From NCBI GenBank assembly GCA_030248215.1, contig JASANG010002067.1, forward strand, positions 310,001 to 374,000: 64,000 bases of DNA. Reading direction: 5' to 3'. The translations under genes were made by a program, and so were the position numbers. Shown here one piece after another: positions 53,003-64,000 of this stretch; positions within the stretch are counted from its first letter, which is position 1; each line of letters starts with the position of its first letter. The notes under the pieces were generated by a model, which saw only the letters and a program-made list of their open reading frames with translations, had not been told where the DNA came from and made no database searches. This DNA is from Enoplolaimus lenunculus (Eukaryota).

Positions 53003-53443
53003 AAGATACAGATACATAAATAAGTGTTTATGTATATATGTATTGCGACATTTAGGCAATGACGTTTCGAGCTGGTAATCGAAAGTATATTCCGGATTTG
53101 GTGTTGATTTTTGCAAAATCGTTGAGTGTCGATAATGCTCTCTCACCGATTGCTGATATGCAAAAAGATGTAAGTTATTGATGAAATAACTGTAGTGGCT
53201 TAAAGGTTTATGAAGCGCAGGCCGAATCGGCTTAGCTTAGCTTTGGACCGTTAATATTCGGCATAGCCTTACGTTTCTGCATAGGAGAAGGGTATACACA
53301 AGCGATGGTAATGGTTCACAAAGAATCACCCATGACCAACAGTGACTTATGGGTAGTTCACTCATAAATAACCCATGTAACCCATAGCCCATGACACAAT
53401 TTAGCACATATATATTAATGTCGTACCGCCTGATTCGACAAGT

Positions 53444-53673
53444 GGCTCATTTATAGAACAGGACCGGATAGTATTCCGGCGGGGCTGTAATAGTCAGTTT
53501 CAGCTTTAGTCTAATTTTTTCTTAAACTTAGGCTATAGGCTTAGGAATAGGCTGATGCTAACGCTTAGGCTTAGGCTTTGGTTTAGGCTTACACTGCAAA
53601 TAATGGTGAGTCAGATTGACTCTCTCCGAAACAGTTTCAGCTTTTCCACCAATTTCCAGTAACTACATAGGCC
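53444..53673 (+). mobile_element. Merlin-like TTAGGC-bearing MITE carrying a host exon fragment
   Basis: GGCTCAT...ACATAGGCC termini; TSD CGACAAGT/TGACAAGT; 53635-53664 is the reverse complement of 44524-44553. Confidence 0.75.
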
Positions 53674-53689
53674 TGACAAGTTATTGTTA

Positions 53690-53938
53690 CACTGTAAATT
53701 CCAATCAGTTAATTAGCGAATTCAGACGGAAAGTTTATTTCTGAGTAAATAACAGTAAACTATAACTCACTCTGAGTTGACTTGATTCTCACTGTGAGTT
53801 GAGTTGACTCCGGGGGAGTTGATTAATTAGATGAGAATAAGTTGAATCAACTCAAAATTGCGAGTCCTGACAGTCCTGTCTCAGAATGAGTAATTCAAAT
53901 CATTCTTAGTTAAAATCAACCCACTGGAATTTACTGTG
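53690..53938. mobile_element. CACTG-ended MITE (CMC/CACTA-like)
   Basis: CACTGTAAATTCC ... GGAATTTACTGTG, flanked by TA; a related end lies at ~38850-39009. Confidence 0.65.
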
Positions 53939-55609
53939 TATGCTATAAGCAAACATTCAAAACATGCCGGCTCCGGATGTATTTGAGTACGGTACGGTTT
54001 GTGTTAAATGAACTGAAGTGACATATAGACTTAAACACACCTGTACTACATAAAATTTGTTACCTATATATAGGTAATGTGGAGCTCAAACCTTTGACCA
54101 ATGATTCATCGCCACACATCAAAATTACAAAATTTTAAACCTATTAGATGACACATGATGAGTACTACACTCCAACCTATTTTCAAATCAGGCTTGGACA
54201 GCTAACAGCATTCTAAATAGTTCATAAATAGTTGATACCTTCAGCGTAACAATACTTTTATTTCAGTCGAAAGTGATTTTTTGTCGGCTGAAAGTTTTAG
54301 TGTAAATTAAAAATTATATTTTGCTATAAACTTTCACAGAACAAAAGTTGGCAAATAAAAACCGTGTGTTTAGCTTCGCATCTAGAAATTTGTAGTCGAG
54401 GCGGCAGGAAGATTTCCATTGAGGCAAGGGCGGACGGCGCCCTCTTTCTTGTCCCCGGTAGGTGTGGGTCCGCATGTGTCTTACGGCTACATTAATTTGC
54501 AAACCAACTGATGGTGGATAGTAAAGTTTGACGTGAAAATTGTCAATTCAGGGCGTTCATTTGGCTGTTTTCTCGTTTTCGCCAAAGCATTTAGCAAGAA
54601 ACCAATTCTTTGGCGAAAACCTGTCGTCGTCGGAAAACTTTTCTCCGGATTCTACACGACCGAACGCTACAAAGTCGCTCCGCTTAAGCATGTTCTTCGA
54701 ATTCGATTCAGCTAAGCAACTCGATGTAAATTTTGCCAAACTGTTCGTACATCGTCGTTTATCAAAAATAACGTTAGTTTAGTTTTAACTGTTGCATAAA
54801 CTAACGATCGGCATGAGCATCGTTCGGTATGTACAAGGCGGTACTTACATTTGTACTCTGGGATTCTTAAGCAATTTTTATATAAGTAGCTTATAAGTAG
54901 CTTCGTTAAATATGACGTAGCAACAACCACACCAATTAATCGTATCACAAATATGGCTAGCCGCACTCATTGTCATAGTGGTTTGCGACCGCTGCAACAG
55001 CTCATAGCTGAACAGCAGAATACGTCGTACAGTGTTTGGTAACGTGTTCTACTGGTGTCAGCATATTTCGTGTTTTTGGACGGAGCAATTCACTACGTAC
55101 TGTTACGAAAATCGTTTTGATTTGCCAACAGATAAACGAAGCAGGCATCGTTTTACTGTTACGGCGGCTAGCCATTGCGGCGATTGGTGCCGTGTCTAGT
55201 TATATTGAAAAATACCTATAGTCAAAGTGGCGTCTGGTTACGACATTTATATGGGCTAAAGTTTTTGATAATTTGCAGCTGCACGTGCTTAAGTTTAAAT
55301 ATGCCGCCGACAGATCTCAAGTTAATTGATTATTATGCCGTGGGCAGTTTATAACATGGACAGAATTAAAGTTTTAAAAAAATTGCTGATTTTGTCACAT
55401 TTATTAATACTATTTATGGCACAACAAAGTATACTCATCTAAAAACGAGCAGCCGAGAAAGATTCTAGGGTTCAACCTCTTATGACAAGAAACAACACTT
55501 GAAAATTATTATGAGACGTAACTCCCAAAATATAGGATAAAAGTACACCTTTGTATATATTTTTTGTTATAATTCAGAGTTTCAACAAAGAACGATGCCG
55601 GCATAACAT

Positions 55610-58600
55610 CTAAAGAGGAGGCGGACACGTCGTAGGCAGAGGCGGTGCGCATTCTGGAAGCGGGGGTAAGGTATCAATGAGCATACCTGAAATATGCTTA
55701 CTTCCAATCGATCCCGATGTGGTACCGGAAGAAGTACCAATTCCGGAAGTTGTACAACTACTTCCAGTACTGAAGGACGCCCGACTATAGGGGCGTGAAC
55801 ATAACGCACGTATGTACGTTCGGCTTTTATTCGGCATTGACGGATGAACCCGTGCGTAGAACCATGCGTCTGGTTTCCGGCCATGTTCCGCTTGAATTCC
55901 ATTGGCGTTGTTGCCCCCTCCACCGCCGCCGCCAATAAACCCATGACTGCGAGACCCAACTGTCACCGTAACGTTCGCACACGACAAACAAGTCCAACCC
56001 GCTCGTTCGAGCATCGCGTGAAGAGCGAGCAATAGTGTACGCCCAGCTACACTGGGTTTCATACCAGGCCCCCATGCCCGGCCGTCAACTGACCAGCATG
56101 CGATTTCTTCTTTGCCAGATCCGAACAGCGATTCTGGTAGCACGACCCGATCTTGCGAATCGAGCTCACCATCCCAATAGTCTGTCATCGTCGTCTGGAT
56201 TGCTTGCTCGAGATCTTCGGATCCACAAATCAACTGAAGTTGACAAATGCTTGTCGGATTGAGACACAAAAATTGCAGTGGTAACGGAGCGCTACCAGCT
56301 TCAAGCACAATGATCGATGTTGAGTCTTTGCGTCGACAAGTGTCTGCGGTCAAGATTATTCGCCACCCGACTTGAGTGACCCCTTCGAGGATGCGAACGA
56401 TCAGACGTTTTGCTAGAATTTCTTCGTCGCCTGAGCTGGACCACGGGTTTCCACCAAGCTATAATTAATTCTACACAGTACCATATAGAACAATGCACGA
56501 AAGTGTTGCCGCGAGGTCTGGCTTTACTCGTAGCGATAATGCACGGATAACCGGTACGCTGTCTGCAATTCTAACCACTGCGCTGCGCAGTCGTTTAAAT
56601 TTGACGCCAAAATGGCATTATTTACTGTAGACCCAAAACGTTGGCTTAAACATATATTACATTTTAACTTCAAATTCGGACATATTCACGATATGACAAG
56701 ATTTTGGAAAGTTTTGCTTGGATCATTCATTTTAGTAAACGCGAACGTTTAATGTGAAGGTGCAAAATGTATCGAAAGATGAGACATTGAAACAAAAATG
56801 CAAACACTGAAATCACTTGTGCAGTACCAAATCATATGTTACGTTACTAGACAGTTTAATGATCAAACTGTCGGCTTCAATCCGGCGAGATGTCCGCTCA
56901 CTCGTAATAGCTCTATCATCGATGACCCTCAGAACACTTGGGCTGCTAGCACTAAGTACCACTCTTCACACGATACATAATATATGACTACTGTTCTCTA
57001 TACTACTTACGTGGGCCGTTCTGTTTTAATAATGCAGATATGCTAACTAACTTGAGACAAATTTGATCTAACGATACAGAATTTTGGTCAAACGAATTAA
57101 ACACGTATTTAAACACAATGTTTATGGTTTAAACGGAACATTGGGTTTAAAACACTAAACCTTGAACTCCCATGCGACGACGCTTTTTTCATTTCGTGAG
57201 CAATCGCCAATAAGTTTTTTGGGCCATTGGCACCGTATAATTTCGCGTACAAGATCAGTTAATATAGTTGGCGCATCGAGCAGTAGCATACGATCTTTTT
57301 GTTTAAAACTAATCATACATCGTTTCATCAGTGTAGAGGTGCGTGATTTCTGAAATATTTCAGTGGATACTAAACCTCATTGAACGTGACTATACAGATT
57401 TACAACTCTAATTATATTTCCTCAAAATCTGTAGCGTCCTAAAAATTGCCCGAAATTCAGTTTACTTTTGAAGTTTAAAATATTAATCGTATATATTTGT
57501 AATTAATAAATTTGGATTTATTTTCTCTGTTTATGCACTAAAACATGTACACAAAACTGAAAAGTTTCTATCTTACGTATGGACGGCATTCAAAGTTTTT
57601 ATAGATTATTTAAGTTGAAGAAAGGTTTGGTGAATATGTTGCTGAAGGATTGTAGAACCCTCGAGCACGTGTTATAGTATGTCGTTTCATCTGTCCGTTT
57701 CCAACATAAAATTTTTTACAGTTTTGGTGGAATATTCTGCTTTATATTACATCTCATGTATATACTTGCATCGAACTATATCTATACTGATGACTACACG
57801 CATAACCATTAGTTCAAAAGCTGATTTTGCTAACCTTTCGTTTTTCTTCAGTTTTTATAAAATATAGCGAGTCCACGGTGCCTTTGAAATTGACGCGCCC
57901 GTAAAATTCATATTTTTCGTCATATATTAAATCGATTATTCTAAAAAATGACCATATATATTTCTGGCAGGGCTGGGCACCCAAAAAACAAACGGAAAAA
58001 CGGGTTTTTCCAGTTTTTTTTTTCGTTTTTTCCGAGGGGTGGAAAAAATGGAAAAAACCGAAAAAACTTTTTATTATAATCTCAGTAAACCGCTCGCAAA
58101 ACAGCGGCAAAGCACAAAACATCGCGGAAACCGTGATAAATTTGTTTTGCTCACACTCTGATCATCACAAAGGCTGATTTAATGAGGAGGAATCAGTGGC
58201 GGATCCAGGAAACTCTAAAATGAGGAACCCCCACAAGATATAGCGGAAGCACTCGCGTGAGATGCGAGCCAGGAGTCATACGCCATTTTAGTTCTACACA
58301 TTTAAATAATTTTCTCTTTGGATCCTCCAGGTAGAGCAATTGGTGGATACATGGCTCTCTTAAACTTCAGGAAAGACCAGGGAAACACATGTTTACAGGT
58401 TCAAAATTTAGCACTACTAAAGCTACGGCGGCTCCTCAGTGGCGGACGCAGGGTAAGTAGAGTTATGTCTGCTATCGCCCCAGCAGTCCTACAGTGCTAA
58501 AAAGTCTACTATACAAATGGTTTTCTAATCTGACCAGAATTTCAGTTGCGCTTTGCTACTTTATACTTCTTTAATCTTTAAAGAGATTGTTTTATATCTA

Positions 58601-60867
58601 TTGGTGCTTTTTGTTTCTCTTTGATGCAACATTTATTGCAGATATATGCAGCGTACATTTCGAAACCTAACTTCTGATTAAAATCGTTTTTCATATATCA
58701 ATAAAACTACAAAACTTGTTTACAGATTTTTTGCCGGACTCAATCCCAGAAGTTTGTGACCACCCTTGCTGGCATACGCACCTTTTTAAATGTATAACAG
58801 CTCTGTAGTGTGTACAGTTTTATGTTTATCATCACGTGTTATCAAATGTTGATACTTAGTAAGATAGTAATTTCATTGTTATGTCCTTTTTTCAATAGAC
58901 AAATCATTCATCACCGTTTTTGTGCTTGCTGAAGCATTAGGACGTGATTTTCAATTTTTTCGTTTTTTTCCGTTTTTTCCGGTCGATTCAATTTGTCGGA
59001 CAAAACAAACCCTGATTTCTGGTTACCCGAGAACAGGGGAGTCTGGCGTGTCACTCGAGACCGCCAGTACCTATATTAGAGTGGTCGCTTCGCAAGCATC
59101 CCTAGTAACGCACCAAAAATATAGTTTCGAGTTAAAATTTCATTTAATGCAAAAATTGCGACGACTTATCGCTCGCTTCGCTCACTATTTTTTAATCTAG
59201 TCTGCCTGACGGTTGACTATCGGTTGTCTTATTAACCCTCGGATTCTTTATTAGTCCTTCCTAATGGCCCCTCGGTTATGGGCTTAACTTCTGACATTAT
59301 GTTCGACACCCCTTTGGAAAAATCGCTATACTTTACTATTTTTACCGTCCTGCGTTGTTCAGCACCGTACAACAACACTCCGTGACACAGAACAGTTTAT
59401 CGTAATCCTAAGATTGCTCCCTAAAAGCCCTGACTCTATACCTTAGAAGTAGCCATAACCCGTGTTTTCTTGTATCTCCATCCGAGTCCCAAGGCAAATC
59501 GTTCAACGTAAACAACGTTGATCCATTGCTATCGTTCACACGAACGTCATCCAATCCAGGCCGGTAATGCAAGTTAATTGCTTTTCGTATATTTTCCCGC
59601 AGACGTGCTACACTGGCACTTAACACTGTCGCTGTCGCTGTTGTTCCACCTCCACTGCCAGCGTTTGACTTTCTTGAATCTTTGCCGATGGACGCAAATA
59701 CAGTTGGTTGTTGCGGATCAATCAGTATTAAACCGTCGAAACTGCTCAGACTTTAAAACAGTTTATTTTTATTAAAATGGTATTTGATTGAAAATTAACC
59801 TTGAACGTAGTTAGCGTATTACTCGAATGACAGCAATCTCATGTAAAGGTTTTTATCAGCGAGAGTAGCGAGCAAGAAAAACTTTATGTCAGTATTAAAT
59901 GTGTCGTGCTTTCTCGTTTGTTTAGACATTTAATGGATATATCCATCCTATCTCCCTTGCATCAAGCGCTTTCCCTAATCGGCCCATATAAAGATCAGAG
60001 GCGGAACGTTTTTCTGTTGGACTGGTAAAATTAAGCTTGAGCTATAGGCTAATTTCTTTGCTTAGGATTAGGCTTAGACACAGCTCATTCTTACGCTTAG
60101 GCTAAGGCTTAGACTTAGCAACATGCTTATACTACGGTGCCGCCCCTGTTCTATACGCTGGTTCCATAATCATTACCTTAGGCACAGAATATTTCGTGGC
60201 GTCCGCGGATCGCTATCTTTACGAAAAAACCATGAAGTCAAATTTGTTTTGCGTGAAATTTCACTCGATACCGTTAACGTCCAGCCAGCAATCCATAAGT
60301 CGTGTAGAACTTGAGCTGCAATTTTTCGCAGCGCAATTGCATCGTGCTTGCCACCACAATTGTCGTAAGGCAACCCTGTCAAAGCATATATCTTTCAAAC
60401 AATGGCTAAAACGATCATAAGTGCGTCAATTTACATGTGTCTTATATTTTAGCTGCAGCAAATAATTGAACCCAAACTTCACGCATATGTATATATACGC
60501 ATATATATACGCATATATATATATATATAAATATATATATATAAGAAGCACATAGCTCATAGGGCACACCTGATAATTTGAAGGTCGCAGCACCAAAAAT
60601 GTAAGTCAGCGGTTCCATTTGATCCCGTTTCCAGTGTTTGAGTACAGCGCAACGAACGGTGTCCAACGTCGCTTCTGACGCATTGATAAAACAAATCCAG
60701 CCTGGTTTACGGTAGAACATACAAAAATATTCGGAATCAATTTGAAATTTCGAATGTATCCCTTCTCCTTCGTCATCGTCTTCGCTGTCTCCGCTTGGTG
60801 AACACGCTTTTCCATTTGACGCTAAGTCTGCGTTGTCACTGTTTGATCGACTATATTTATTACCCAT
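55610..60867 (-). CDS. Uncharacterised protein (~649 aa) of four ~110-150-aa repeats, N-terminal MG (possible myristoylation); 6 exons: 60867-60570, 60375-60177, 59750-59442, 57940-57835, 57349-57161, 56458-55610
   Basis: All introns are GT-AG with consistent phases (1,2,2,0,0), totalling 1950 nt. Repeated motif (F/W).L.G.P(W/Y)...GW.L..S (FKLSGLPY, FTLNDLPW, FKLGGNPW, WSVDGRAW). Confidence 0.85.
57968..59014. mobile_element. Non-autonomous hAT element (~1.05 kb) with nested small elements
   Basis: CAGGG...CCCTG termini; perfect 8-bp TSD ATTTCTGG; subterminal GGAAAAA/TTTTTCC repeats. Confidence 0.85.
59981..60163 (+). mobile_element. Merlin-like TTAGGC-bearing MITE
   Basis: Same family as 47773-47950; TSD CCCTAATC/CCATAATC. 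Confidence 0.75.
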
Positions 60868-61418
60868 TTTGTACTTTTTATTAAATTAACGGCCAAACGT
60901 TCAGTTAGTCTTTAATTCTATGTTTTCAATGCCGTGCTACGGTACTATGGATGCAATCATTTCACGTGTTTTACAATGCATCGTGATCAGTAATGTACGA
61001 CTTAACTTTGAAGTATATATTCTATACAAAGTTTACGGTTTTACATAACATTTGCATACCAGCAATCCTTAAATAAAAGTTATTGTTGAAATAAAGAACA
61101 ATTAAATCGCACAATTAAATGAATGATTGTTCAAAGTTGCTAGTGGCCTGTAATTTACGAATTTGGGCAAACGGTAAACTACGGCGTCTTTCTTATTAAC
61201 AATATATGATATTATGCACTGCTGTTGTTATCCATTGGTTGATTCTTTTATATATACTCCTCTCACAGTGTCTGGGAGTAAATGCATCCGTGTATTAAGC
61301 TGATGGTGTTTAAAACTATTATTTTTAACGCTGGACTCATTCGTTTAGACAGTGACCCCACAGATTAAATCCCTCAAAGTCCGATCGGAACAAAACAGGG
61401 TCTGTGTCAGCTGGAACC

Positions 61419-61505
61419 CGCTATCCACATACACACACCGTTTCATACACCGCACTACACGCTATCCACATACACACACCGTTTCATACACCGCACTACA
61501 CGCTA
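61419..61505. repeat. 41-bp perfect tandem duplication
   Basis: cgctatccacatacacacaccgtttcatacaccgcactaca x2. Confidence 0.9.
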
Positions 61506-61934
61506 CAAAGCAGATTTCATCGTCATTTCTCTGTTTACGGTACTCACGAAAGATTCTCGAAAAGTTGACTCTGTAATTGTGGAATCATGATATCAATGCA
61601 CAGATTTACAGCATGAAATACCCATTTTGCCGGAATTTTGAAGTCATTATTTTAGTTACCCAACCGTCTATTTCCAACGGAGGAGTCCATAATGATTTAT
61701 GTTTACCTGGCTTTGTTGCCAGTTGCCGGTAACAGCAATGGCTCATAATTACATAGCAGCGGGCTACTTCAAAAATCATTCCGCAACACCTCCCCCAAAA
61801 AACATAGCCATGGCCAGAAGGATACCCACACCACAAAAGACTCCCCCACCGCACAACAAACCCCCCCCCGACCCCCCCCGCACCCCCCCCCACAAACCCC
61901 CTGACAGAAAGGAAAAAAAAAAAAAAATCCTTAA

Positions 61935-64000
61935 CCCTCAATGGCCCGACAGTCTACATATGTAGACATAACCAGTTCGACAATTGATTGTTCGGCAGGT
62001 GCTATAGTTAAGAATCTATTGTTTAATTTCCATCGATAATTATTCTGTTATAGTAGTATAAAAAACTTATAGCATTGTGGGAACAAAAGTTTGCTGTACA
62101 GTGAGTCATATACCTATATAACCCGACCGTCTACATATGTAGACAGATGTTGATTTGATCATAGTTTGAGTTTTGACAAGAATTGGAACGTTTTGTTCTT
62201 ACACACGGTTTTGTATGGTGAGGTAAAGTCAGGGAAATGTCAGGTTTGCATAAATTATCTTTGACTGAGGTCGTACGACGTGTATTAGAACCAAGTGATT
62301 CAGAGACAGAAGATGACAAACCGGACGACAATAGTTCAAATGACGACTCAGAATCAGTTGAGTTAGGTCAATGCAGTAGTGAAGAGGCTGCTATTTATGA
62401 GCAAGATAGTGATGGTGAATTACAAAAACAATCGGACGCATCTAGTAGTGAGTTGAGCGATATGGACGAGACTTCTAGTGGAAGTAATGTGTTTTTGTCA
62501 GCGACGGGTGTTGAGTGGCATTCTACAACACCGCCTGTCCGTGTGTTAGCTAGAAATATAATTCGCTTTCGCGAAGGCACTGCAGTAAACCCTACAACAG
62601 AGTCACAAGCATTTTATCTTTATATAAACGAGCCCATTTTACATACAATTCAGCGACTCACTAGTAGGCGACTGCGGGCGCGCAATTTTTCAACGCTACC
62701 AATGTGCGAGCTGAAAGCTTGGCTTGGGGTGGTAAGCAGAGCTGGTGCAGATCGCGATAACATGTCTCCAGTGGCTTCACTATTCACCAAAAACGACAGC
62801 AGGCCCTTTTACCGCTGCGCGCTGTCAAAAAACAGAATGAAACAGTTGCTGGAAAATGTAACATTCGACAACAAACTGACTCGCCGGGAGCGTCAAAAAA
62901 GTGACAAAATGGCTGCTATACGAGATGTTTGGGACCTATTTCAGTCCAACTTACGTCTTCATTATATACCGTCCGAATCACTTACAGTAGATGAACAGCT
63001 CTACGGGTATAGAGGATATGCACCGGGGCGAGCGTACATGCCGGCGAAACCTGCTAAGTACGGCGTAAAAATATTCTGGCTTTGCGATGCTCGGAATGGA
63101 TATGCCCTAAAAGGAAATATTTATACAGGGCGTGAAGGCGAACGGGCCGTAGGGCTTGCTAAACGCATCGTAATGGATCTTATTCAACCATACTGTAACA
63201 CTCAGCGAAACATTTTCATGGACCGCTATTTCACATCCCATGAATTGGCTGTGGACCTATTACAAAGTGGGCTAACGTGCACAGGCACAATAATGGCAAA
63301 TCGCCGCAGCGTACCTCCGGTGCTAAAGTCAACAAAAGAACAAGAGGTCTATAGCACCCGATTTTTATGGGACCACAATAACCGCATAATGTTGGCGTCT
63401 TATTGTCCAAAGAAAAATAAAAATGTGCTATTACTAAGTTCAGTTCATGTGAAAAACGAAGTTTGCACCAGCAGAGAGGACAAAAAACCAGCAGTTATCT
63501 TGGATTATAATTTGGGAAAAGGCGGGGTTGATGTAATGGACTCTTGCATTGATGATTTTACCTGCAAACGCAAAACGAATCGTTATCCTCTAGTCTGCTT
63601 TTTCAATATGATTGATATTGCGTTGCACAACGCATTCATTGTCATGAAACTGAACGGATATCAAAAGTCACGCAATGTTTTCATGAAAAAAGTAGCCGAA
63701 CAACTAGCGCAAGACAATATGACCAAACGTTACAGTAGTGAAAAAATTTACGCAAAATCAAAGGATTCATTTATGGCTTACGGGCTGCCTCAAAAGCGAA
63801 ACGAACCTTCTACATCTGGTAAACCGACCAAATGTCAGGTCACAAGTTGTCGCAAATCTACGAGATTGAGCTGTTCGTCATGTGGAAAACGAGTGTGCAA
63901 GGACCACATGAATCGCACCATAACGTGCAACGACTGTGCTTAACTGGACAACGCGCCCGCAGTGGGAGGCTGGACGGGGAGCGGGTGGAACTCCGCCAGA
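61935..64000 (+). mobile_element. piggyBac transposon (left end present; right end not seen in the window)
   Basis: TTAA (61931-34) followed by a CCC terminus; subterminal direct repeat CCCGAC.GTCTACATATGTAGACA at 61945-61968 and 62122-62145; transposase ORF. Confidence 0.9.
62237..63943 (+). CDS. piggyBac transposase (568 aa, intronless, intact ORF)
   Basis: Acidic N-terminus; catalytic DDD motifs LTVDEQL, FMDRYFTS, GGVDVMD; YMPAKPAKYGVK; C-terminal Cys-rich domain CQVTSC..CSSCGKRVCKDH...CNDC. Confidence 0.97.
   Translation: MSGLHKLSLTEVVRRVLEPSDSETEDDKPDDNSSNDDSESVELGQCSSEEAAIYEQDSDGELQKQSDASSSELSDMDETSSGSNVFLSATGVEWHSTTPPVRVLARNIIRFREGTAVNPTTESQAFYLYINEPILHTIQRLTSRRLRARNFSTLPMCELKAWLGVVSRAGADRDNMSPVASLFTKNDSRPFYRCALSKNRMKQLLENVTFDNKLTRRERQKSDKMAAIRDVWDLFQSNLRLHYIPSESLTVDEQLYGYRGYAPGRAYMPAKPAKYGVKIFWLCDARNGYALKGNIYTGREGERAVGLAKRIVMDLIQPYCNTQRNIFMDRYFTSHELAVDLLQSGLTCTGTIMANRRSVPPVLKSTKEQEVYSTRFLWDHNNRIMLASYCPKKNKNVLLLSSVHVKNEVCTSREDKKPAVILDYNLGKGGVDVMDSCIDDFTCKRKTNRYPLVCFFNMIDIALHNAFIVMKLNGYQKSRNVFMKKVAEQLAQDNMTKRYSSEKIYAKSKDSFMAYGLPQKRNEPSTSGKPTKCQVTSCRKSTRLSCSSCGKRVCKDHMNRTITCNDCA

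Larger units (their letters stand above)
39385..53169 (+). pseudogene. Multi-VWA-domain (3x von Willebrand factor A) extracellular protein gene; the first VWA exon is disrupted in this haplotype
   Basis: Exons: 39385-[insertions]-42844, 43336-43440, 44049-44137, 44472-44648, 45089-45212, 46556-46804, 47533-47634, 48077-48171, 50031-50193, 51180-51407, ~51585-?, 53056-53169. VWA motifs SVVQFG, IVILITDS, VIGV, FVLDSSAS (MIDAS), IIVVTDS, MAIGV, RKYIPDLVLIF. Possible signal-peptide exon from ATG 38766 (MLAVCIALLFCIRVFEALC). The 3' exon phasing and gene ends are unresolved; the gene may be functional via alternative splicing. Confidence 0.75.

Noticed and set aside
61780..61930. C/A-rich tract with Pro/Lys-rich ORF 61699-61965
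   Set aside because: Same low-quality signature as 39440-39680, at the junction with a transposon end; likely artefact.

Overview
AT-rich, intron-containing animal genomic DNA. It is most likely nematode, given abundant TTAGGC telomere-type repeats and TTTCAG-type acceptors; this is inference. Spliced host genes: an ankyrin-repeat/SOCS-box gene (-), a HAP40/F8A1 homolog (-), Med22 (-), calcyclin-binding protein CACYBP/SIP (+), a multi-VWA-domain gene (+) with a disrupted exon, and an uncharacterised four-repeat protein with an MG start (-). An apparently intact piggyBac transposase lies at the right edge. The rest is dense with non-autonomous elements: Merlin-like MITEs carrying TTAGGC arrays, hAT, Tc1/mariner-type, PIF/Harbinger and CAC-ended MITEs, and Helentron-type HINEs. 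Most unusual: (1) a ~570-bp TRIM-like LTR element (25540-26105) whose LTRs each contain a Pol III tRNA-like gene and whose primer-binding site matches that tRNA-like RNA's own acceptor stem plus CCA, with two related tRNA-headed units nearby; (2) a ~3-kb telomere-repeat-rich foldback palindrome (39730-42708) inserted into a VWA coding exon beside a 5-bp footprint; (3) a MITE carrying a 30-nt antisense copy of an exon of the same VWA gene. All calls were made by eye, with no database searches. Two C-rich tracts look like sequencing artefacts.
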